Origin: Candidatus Latescibacterota bacterium
GTDB lineage: Bacteria; Latescibacterota; UBA2968; UBA8231
Assembly: GCA_965242865.1 (NCBI GenBank)
Contig: CBDETK010000013.1
Coordinates: forward strand, 4,192,001-4,256,000
Direction: 5' to 3'
DNA length: 64,000 nt
Shown here: piece by piece, positions 9,272-16,400 of the stretch
Layout: every line of letters begins with the position of its first letter
How positions within the stretch are numbered: position 1 is the stretch's first letter
Translations under genes and position numbers: made by a program
The notes under the pieces: model-generated
Seen by the model: only the letters and a program-made list of their open reading frames with translations
What the model was told of the DNA's origin: nothing
Databases searched by the model: none

Positions 9272-9364
9272 GCAGGAATTTCACGAGGAGGAGACGAAAT
9301 GACCGAACCTGTAACGCAAATACAGGAGTACGGGGCGCGTCCGTTAGACTTGCGCCCATTTTAG
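9272..9364 (+). pseudogene. Truncated third copy of the MTEPVTQ coiled-coil gene with its RBS (repeat block B, copy 1)
   Basis: 9272-9327 matches 12460-12515 and 12893-12948 with few mismatches; ORF MTEPVTQIQE then diverges and stops at 9364. Confidence 0.8.
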
Positions 9365-9365
9365 G

Positions 9366-11504
9366 ATGCCGATGCCTGAGTTGATGCGCCCCGCCATTGA
9401 GCGGATCGCCCGGTTGGGGCGCGACCCCTTCGCGCTGCTCATCGTCGTCCTCGCCGGGCTGGGCACCGCGCACATTCTCGTCCGCACCGCCACCTACGGC
9501 GCCGCGGTTACTTCGGATTCCACACTTCATCTGTCCACAGCCATGAACTTCCTCGCGGGCGAAGGCTGGCGGGAGTTCACGGGTTTGGTGGTGGTGGGGT
9601 GGCCGCCCTTGTTCCCTTTGGTGCTGGCGGCTGGCGGTTGGGTCGGCATCGATCCGCTGGAGGTGGGTCGGCTGGTCAATGCGGTCGCCTTTGGGTTGAC
9701 CATCTTGGCGGTCGGCCTCTATCTGCGCTCTAATCTTCGGTCGCGGGGGCTGGCACTGGCCGCCAGCGTGGCCACCCTAGTCTCCCTGCCCTTGAGCGAT
9801 CTCGCGTCGCGCTTCTTGACCGAGCCGCTCTTCGTCCTGTTCGCGATCCTCGCCTTGATGCAGTTGGCGACCTTCCTCAACCAAAAGACAGCTTGGCCAT
9901 CCTTGGGGTGGGCGGCGGTTTTTACCGCGCTGGCCACGCTGACCCGCTATCCGGGCGTGGTGCTGATCGGCACCGGAGTCCTCATGTTGGTCCTCGCCGC
10001 CCGGCTCAAGCAGGCCCTCGTCTTTGGCGCGATCTCGTCCGTGCCCTTGCTGGCGGTATTGGCGCACAATTGGACGAGCTATAGGTCAGGCGGTAACTAC
10101 GACCCATTTTTGGAAAATGACTTGGTCGCCGAAATCTTGACGGAGGGCGGAGAACGGAGGGGGACGGGGCAGTCCCTATCCGATGGGTTGAGCCAGACCG
10201 TTGAGGTGTTCGGCGAGTGGGTCGTCCCCTCGAACGCGCCGGATGGGTTGGTGTATTTGCTGTGGCTGGCGGTCGGGTTAGTCGGGCTGGCCGGTACCGC
10301 GGTCGTCCTGTGCGCCGCCCGAATGCGAAGCGATAGCCACAGGAATGGCCCCGAGGCCGCGCCGCCAGCCTTCGGATTGGGGCCGGTGCTCCCTTTCGGG
10401 GTGTTCGCCTTGATGTACCTCGTCTTTATGATCGCCGTCGTGCCCTTCGTGGTGGGTTATGGCATTGACAGCCGCTATCTGCTGCCGGTGCATGTGCCGC
10501 TGATGGTGGCCGCGGGGTTGCTGCTGGATCGGTTCCTGTTTATAGATCGAGCCGAGGCGGCGGGATGGGGTCGTGCGGCGGGATGGGGCCGCACGGCGGG
10601 ACGGGGCCGCGCCGTCTACGGGCTGGTGGGTCTCGTCTCGCTGGGCTTTCTCGTCCATGTTGGCTACTCGGCGGATAGGAACCTGACTATTACGGACAAA
10701 GCGCGAGTCGCCGGGTTTGAGGAATGGACGTACAACGGGTCCTACTGGGAAGATTCCGAGATCTTGAATTACCTTCGGGATACTCCCATTGATGGCAGGG
10801 TTTACAGCAACAACGCGTACCTTGCCTATTTTGCGGACCGGACCGCGGCCCCGGGAAAGTACCAGCATCTCCCGGACGAGATTCGCCTTTTGACGTCGGT
10901 CATACAGGGGACCGAGGACAGCGCATCTATATTATGGATCCGGCGTGAAGCGTCTTCTTACGACTTCGACGACTTCGACATCCGTTGCTTGCCCGGGGTG
11001 GAAACCGTGGCCGAACTGGCCGGCGGCGTGGTCTTTCGCGTGACAGCGGCCGAGCCGTTTGATGCGGCAAGGCAGCGCGCCTGCAAACAACGCTACGTGC
11101 AGCAACTCATCGAACAAGCTGGCGAGCGAGTGATCCGTGCGGACTCGACTTGGCCGATCAGCACTTGGGGCGTAGAAGGGGCTGACGAGCGAGTGGCCCG
11201 CGCTGGCTGGGACGTGTACCGCAATGGACGCAAGCTGACGTACCGCAAAAAGCCGTGTGCCCCCGACGATGTGCAGACGAATTTCGTCTTGCAGGTCAGG
11301 CCCGACGACCCGCTTGACTTGTCGGCTGACCGCAGGCCGTCCGGCTTTGATAATCTCGACTTTAATTTCCTCACTTACGGCGGCGTGCGGCTCGACGACC
11401 AGTGTGTGGTGACCGCCCAACTCCCCGATTACTCCATCGGCCACATCTATATTGGCCAGTGGATTTCCAGCGAGAGCCGTACGCTCTGGGAAATGAAGCC
11501 CTGA
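9366..11504 (+). CDS. GT-C (ArnT/PMT-like, lipid-carrier dependent) glycosyltransferase with extracytoplasmic C-terminal module
   Basis: TSDS..H, WPPLFP, LTEPLF, LTRYPG, DSRYLLP motifs; about 11 TM segments; soluble tail WDVY..GRKLTY.K.PC...GFDNLDF...LPDY.I..I.IGQW. Confidence 0.78.
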   Translation: MPMPELMRPAIERIARLGRDPFALLIVVLAGLGTAHILVRTATYGAAVTSDSTLHLSTAMNFLAGEGWREFTGLVVVGWPPLFPLVLAAGGWVGIDPLEVGRLVNAVAFGLTILAVGLYLRSNLRSRGLALAASVATLVSLPLSDLASRFLTEPLFVLFAILALMQLATFLNQKTAWPSLGWAAVFTALATLTRYPGVVLIGTGVLMLVLAARLKQALVFGAISSVPLLAVLAHNWTSYRSGGNYDPFLENDLVAEILTEGGERRGTGQSLSDGLSQTVEVFGEWVVPSNAPDGLVYLLWLAVGLVGLAGTAVVLCAARMRSDSHRNGPEAAPPAFGLGPVLPFGVFALMYLVFMIAVVPFVVGYGIDSRYLLPVHVPLMVAAGLLLDRFLFIDRAEAAGWGRAAGWGRTAGRGRAVYGLVGLVSLGFLVHVGYSADRNLTITDKARVAGFEEWTYNGSYWEDSEILNYLRDTPIDGRVYSNNAYLAYFADRTAAPGKYQHLPDEIRLLTSVIQGTEDSASILWIRREASSYDFDDFDIRCLPGVETVAELAGGVVFRVTAAEPFDAARQRACKQRYVQQLIEQAGERVIRADSTWPISTWGVEGADERVARAGWDVYRNGRKLTYRKKPCAPDDVQTNFVLQVRPDDPLDLSADRRPSGFDNLDFNFLTYGGVRLDDQCVVTAQLPDYSIGHIYIGQWISSESRTLWEMKP
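10557..10610 (+). repeat. In-frame 18-bp tandem repeat x3 (AAGWGR AAGWGR TAGRGR)
   Basis: gcggcgggatggggtcgt gcggcgggatggggccgc acggcgggacggggccgc. Confidence 0.85.
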
Positions 11505-11527
11505 GTATGTAGCAATCCTACATCATT

Positions 11528-11690
11528 CCGGCGAACACGAGGTGGAGTTTCGCTATTTTTCGCGGGTATTAGCGTTGCGGTGGGGGCGTTGCGGTGGGGG
11601 CGGCGGGATGTTTGACAAATGGATGGGGGTCGGTGATATTTGCCCCAAAGTAGCTTTAGGAGGAGGCGTTTTCTATGGACAGTAGCATGA
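11528..11690 (+). repeat. Direct-repeat block A, copy 2, including a TTGACA-17-GATATT promoter candidate
   Basis: See copy 1; TTGACA at 11612-11617 is present only in this copy. Confidence 0.9.
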
Positions 11691-12490
11691 TGAACTGGCT
11701 TCCGGTCGTCGGCGTTTTCATTGCATTTGCGGGCCTTACGCTGGCCATGAGGAGGAGCAGCCGCGCCGATTGGGATCGGCTGGACAAGAAGTTGGAGGCG
11801 CATGCAGCCCAGTCGGCGCAGCAGTTGGACGCGAAGTTGGATGCGTTCCGCTCCGAGATGAAGAGCGAGGTAGCTTTGCAGTCGGCTCAGTTAGAGCAGC
11901 GGTTGAACGAGAAGTTGGAGGCGCATGCAGCCCAGTCGGCGCAGCAGTTGGACGCGAAGTTAGATGCGTTCCGCTCCGAGATGAAGAGCGAGATGGCTTC
12001 GCAGTCGGCTCAGTTAGAGCAGCGGTTGAACGAGAAGTTGGAGGCGCATGCGGCTGAGTTGCGTCAGCAGTTGCATGAGGGTCTGGCGCGTCAGGATGCG
12101 AAGATGGATGGGCTTTCGGCCCAGTTTAATCAGCGTCTGGATGAGGGATTGGCGCGTCAGGATGTGAAGATGGATGGGCTTTCGGCCCGTCAGGACGCGC
12201 ATGCGGCTTCGCTTTCGGCTCGGATGGATAAGTTGGTGGAGCGTCAGGACGCGCTTTCGGAGCGGGTGGGGAGTCTGGAACAGGCGCAGGCGCATACGGC
12301 TGGGATGCTTGAGACGCTTCCGGCGCGGCTGGGGGGGCTGGAGCAGGAGCAGGCTCGGATGAATGGGGTGCTTGAGACGCTGAGGGATGGATTTTCCTAC
12401 CGCATGGAGCGCATTGACCCGAAAGACCGGTCGGCTGAGCCGGCTGAATCGTATGCGCCGCAGGAATTTCACGAGGGGGAGACGAAATGA
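11675..12490 (+). CDS. Membrane-anchored coiled-coil repeat protein of unknown function
   Basis: AGGAGG RBS, N-terminal TM, then helical repeats with 41-, 22- and 21-aa periods. Confidence 0.8.
   Translation: MDSSMMNWLPVVGVFIAFAGLTLAMRRSSRADWDRLDKKLEAHAAQSAQQLDAKLDAFRSEMKSEVALQSAQLEQRLNEKLEAHAAQSAQQLDAKLDAFRSEMKSEMASQSAQLEQRLNEKLEAHAAELRQQLHEGLARQDAKMDGLSAQFNQRLDEGLARQDVKMDGLSARQDAHAASLSARMDKLVERQDALSERVGSLEQAQAHTAGMLETLPARLGGLEQEQARMNGVLETLRDGFSYRMERIDPKDRSAEPAESYAPQEFHEGETK
11788..12051 (+). repeat. 123-bp in-frame tandem repeat, about 2.1 copies
   Basis: gaagttggaggcgcatgc recurs at 11788, 11911 and 12034; near-identical units. Confidence 0.93.
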
Positions 12491-12774
12491 CCGAACCTGT
12501 AACGCAAGTACAGGACCACGAGCGGCGGATTGGCCGCTTGGAGGGCATTGCCGAGCAGTTGACCGATCAAGGTCGCCAGTTCAACGCAACTATTGCCGTG
12601 CTTCGGCGGGAGACCAACGCTCGCTTTGAAAGTATGGAGCGCGCTATTGCCGTGCTTCGGCGGGAGACCAATGCTCGCTTTGACTCGCTGACCCGTTGGT
12701 TGGTTGGGATGCAGGTGGCGAGCCTGTTGGCTGTGGGCGGCCTGTTGGTGTCCATTCTGTTGAAGCTGAACTAA
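12487..12774 (+). CDS. Small coiled-coil protein with C-terminal TM (DUF1640/CCDC90-like architecture), paralogue 1
   Basis: GGAG RBS, ATGA overlap with upstream gene; 54-bp internal repeat; TM WLVGMQVASLLAVGGLLVSILL. Confidence 0.78.
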   Translation: MTEPVTQVQDHERRIGRLEGIAEQLTDQGRQFNATIAVLRRETNARFESMERAIAVLRRETNARFDSLTRWLVGMQVASLLAVGGLLVSILLKLN

Positions 12775-12919
12775 TCGCCCAGCCTTTGCCCGCTCTGCTT
12801 TGGCTAGGGCGTTTAAGGTGTGTTGCCAAAGAGGAATTTATGCTTGACACTTCAAAAGACCGGTCGGCGGAGCCGGCTGAGTCGTATAATCCGCAGGAAT
12901 TTCACAAGGGGGAGACGAA

Positions 12920-13216
12920 ATGACCGAACCTGTAACGCAAGTACAGGACCACGAGCGGCGGATTGGCCGCTTGGAAGGCATTGCCGAGCTGTTGACCGAG
13001 CAAGGCCGCCAGTTCAACGCTCGCTTTGAGAGTATGGAGCGCGCTATTGCCGAGCTTCGGCGGGAGACCAATGCTCGCTTTGAGAGTATGGAGCGCGCTA
13101 TTCGGGAGACCAACGCCCGCATTGACTCGCTGACCCGTTGGTTGGTTGGGATGCAGGTGGCGAGCCTGTTGGCTGTGGGCGGCCTGTTGGTGTCCATTCT
13201 GTTGAAGTTGAACTGA
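12920..13216 (+). CDS. Small coiled-coil protein with C-terminal TM, paralogue 2
   Basis: Same termini as 12487-12774, different arrangement of central repeats. Confidence 0.78.
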   Translation: MTEPVTQVQDHERRIGRLEGIAELLTEQGRQFNARFESMERAIAELRRETNARFESMERAIRETNARIDSLTRWLVGMQVASLLAVGGLLVSILLKLN

Positions 13217-13289
13217 TCGCTCAGCCAGCCTTTGCCCGCTCTGCTTTGGCTAGGGCGTTTAGGGTATGTTGTCAAAGAGGAATTTATGC

Positions 13290-13318
13290 TTGACACTTCT
13301 TTTTATAGTAGGTATAAT
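13290..13318 (+). promoter_or_regulatory. Perfect-consensus sigma70 promoter for the giant surface protein
   Basis: TTGACA (13290-13295), 17 bp, TATAAT (13313-13318). Confidence 0.88.
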
Positions 13319-13483
13319 TAACTCTATTGTATAGGAATAATGCTTTATGCGTTATGCACGAACAAGCCGCGAAAGGGGGCGTATGAAAAACGCAAAAACG
13401 CGAAATCTGAATGGGTTTAAGGCAAATCCATCTTTTAATTTTTCTTTCACAATCAGGGATGCTTTCCCTGGGGAGGTTGAGTA

Positions 13484-16400
13484 ATGATACACATGAAGTC
13501 GTTAATCCGGCGTTTGGCTGGCGGCTCTTGGCTACTGGCGGCTGGTTTGGTGCTGGGATGGGAAGGGGCCGCGTCCGCGGTGGAAATCACCCTGTCGTTG
13601 GACAAGACCAAGGTGCGCGAGGATGCTGGTAAAACCATGATCACGGCGAAAGCCAAAGTGGCGGCTGATGCCGCGGCGGATATTGCTGTGGTCTTGAGTT
13701 TAGATGACGCGACTAATGCGCAAAACGATCGCTACCGCATCTCGAAACTGCCTACGATCATAATTCCTAAGGGAAAGAAAGAGGCGACCGGGGAAATCAC
13801 CTTCACCCCTATCAATGATAAGTTGCGCGGTACTAACTATCAGAACAACGGTGCCGACGACGATCTTGATATCGATATTGAAGGTGATGCCGGTTCTTCT
13901 CACACGGTCGTTCCGTCTGGTGGGGTGACGCTTACCTTGGTTGACGACGACAAGATAAGCGATTCGTTCGATCTTTCGTTTGATCCGGGCGACCTGAGCA
14001 ATGAGGCGAGTTCGACTAGTGTTACTGTGACTGGTGCCTTGAATGGAAGTCTTTCAGGGGTGAACGCTACATACACCTTGGCGTTTAGGAACGCCGTTAG
14101 CATTGACGTTACAGACTTCCCTCATGCTACCGATGACGCAGGTAGGGACACTCTTATCCTGACGCGCGATTCGGATTACGCGGCGACCGCGGCCTCTCTA
14201 ACCCTGCGCAAGAAAAGGGTGTCGGGGAGAGCGACTATTTCCATCGATCCCAAAGAGAGCAAAAAGTATGATGCCTATATCGCGCTGGAGGCTGTGGGGT
14301 CGGATACCCTCAAGGGCATTGACCTAAACCTCGATGGGGATACGGGCGACTCCTATTCGCTTACTGCTCAAGCTTGGGATCATGACAGCGATGGCGGCAC
14401 TACGCCTGAGATAAATCGCTATATCTTGCTGGAAACAACCCTAGCGGGCGGCACTGGAGCCGGCCTCATTGACTACGGTGATCTAGGCGTTGACGAAGTA
14501 GGTACGGATGGCCCTGAAGGGGGCAATGATAATGTTTGGGAAAGCCAAGTGGGCATTGACCTAAACCTCGATGGGGATTTAACCGGTGATCAGGACTTTC
14601 GCTTACTTGCCTCTGGCAATTGCCCTACGGACACGGACGAGGACGGTACTGGTTGTGTCCTGAGGGAAGCAGACCTGAAGTTTGTGGTTAATCGGCCCCC
14701 GGCTTTCTTCAAGATAAAGGACGCCGCCATTGCTGATGTAAAAAGCGACGGGCTGGCCGCGACTCCTGCGATGGTACGCGAGAACGCGGGGCGGACGGAA
14801 ATTGAGCTGAAAGTCACCTTGAAGGCGGCCGTATCGAATGACCAATCTGTCCGGTTCACTATTAACACCGGGGCCGATTGTGTCGGTGATTTCGATTGTG
14901 CCGGGAGCCGCGACATACATTACACTGTGGATGTCGATGATCTCACCATTACGGCCGGCGAGACCTCGGCGACCACGACGCTCGTTCTGACCCCCGTGGA
15001 CAACACCGGTGTGACTGGTTCGAGAGGTTTCCAAGTGGAAGCCAAGGTCGGAGCGGGTGACACGGCGGGGCGTGCAAATATCACCATCGTTGACGACGAG
15101 ACGCTTACCGATACAATCACGTTGTCGGCGACGCCCAATGAGTTGAAGGCCGAAACGGGCGCTCAGGATGTTACGGTGACCGGCACCTTAAACGGCAAGG
15201 TCTTTGACGACGACGTTACGGTGACCTTGATCATTAGCCGGGATGGCCCGGATGAAGGGACCGCTACGGATGATAATGCGGCGCAGCGCGACACCGACTA
15301 CACGGCTTCCCTCCGTTCGCTGACGATTCCGGCGGGCGAAGTCAGTGGCACGTCGACGGTGTCCATCACCCCGCTCGCTGGCGGGGACAAGAAAATCTTC
15401 TTGACGCAGTTGAAAAGTCCGGTCAAGAACGATGATGACGAAGACGTCAATACCACCATCGCGACGATAACGCTGAAAGACGCGGACGCGGCGGCGACGC
15501 CGACGGACCCGGATGCCCTTAGTTTCGGTTCTATTGACTTGGGGTCCACAGTCTTTGAGTACACGGTGGGCATGGAGATTGAGCCGGAAGTACTGCCGGC
15601 AGCCGAAGGCGGCACTGGCGACAAGAGGTACAGCGTGTCGGCCACTCTGCCGGCGGGCCTGACGTTTGACCCGGCCACCCGGACGATTTCGGGGACGCCG
15701 ATGGCGAAAGGTGAAGCCCCCGTCATTTACACGGTACTCGACGACGACGACAGCGCGGCAATGTCCTTCAAAATTGAGGTCAGTGAAGCGCCGCCAGTTA
15801 CGACTTCGGTCGCCAGCGTGACCGCAAGCCATTCGTCGGTGCGCGAGAACGGGGCGATGACGGAGATCGGCATAACGGCGACGTTGTCTGCGGCCTCGGA
15901 GAACGCCGAGACGGTCCGCTTCACGATTGGTGCCCCCAGCGAGGGTGCGCTGGCCGTGCGCGATGTCGATTTCACCGCGTCGATTAGCGGCTCGGTCGTC
16001 ATTGCGGCTGGCGAGACCCAGGGGCGGACGATGCTTTCCCTCACGCCCATCGACAACGATGCGGTAGATGGCAATAAGTACTTTGGGGTGGAAGCCTCGG
16101 CCTCGGGTGGCTCGGCGAAGACGGACATCAAGATCGCCGACGACGAAACCGCGAGTACGTCCATCTCGCTGTCGGCCGTGCCGCACACGCTCAGCGAGGA
16201 CGACGGGGTGACCGCGATTGCGGTCACGGCGACCTTGGACGGCAAGGTGCTGGAAGGCGACATCACCGTAACCCTCTCGGTGGATCCGGCTTCGGCGGCC
16301 ACACGCGATGTCGATTATTCGGCCCTGTTCAACCCGCTGCTGGTCATTCCGGCCGGCTCGATCTCCAATTCAGTCAACTTGCTGATCGATCCGACCGCCG

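Larger units (their letters stand above)
12422..13299 (+). repeat. Tandem duplication of about 435 bp (12422-12853 and 12855-13299)
   Basis: Both units start aaagaccggtcggc and end gaggaatttatgcttgacacttc; each carries one MTEPVTQ gene. Confidence 0.93.

Noticed and set aside
9305-9357. Possible integron attC site (GTTAGAC core at 9343)
   Set aside because: No matching RYYYAAC inverse core or L-box pairing, and no integrase in the window.
12696-13029. ORFs 12696-12923 and 12820-13029
   Set aside because: By-products of the tandem duplication; they copy the tail of the 271-aa gene or off-frame sequence and overlap better-supported genes.
11788-13299. Diversity-generating retroelement TR/VR or CRISPR explanation for the repeats
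   Set aside because: Differences between copies are indels and mixed substitutions, not adenine-specific; no reverse transcriptase; repeats are coding and lack unique spacers.
13325-13483. c-di-GMP-I or other riboswitch in the giant gene leader (GGCAAA, GAAA loop)
   Set aside because: Elements are in the wrong order and the P1/P2 pairings could not be built by eye; needs an Rfam scan.
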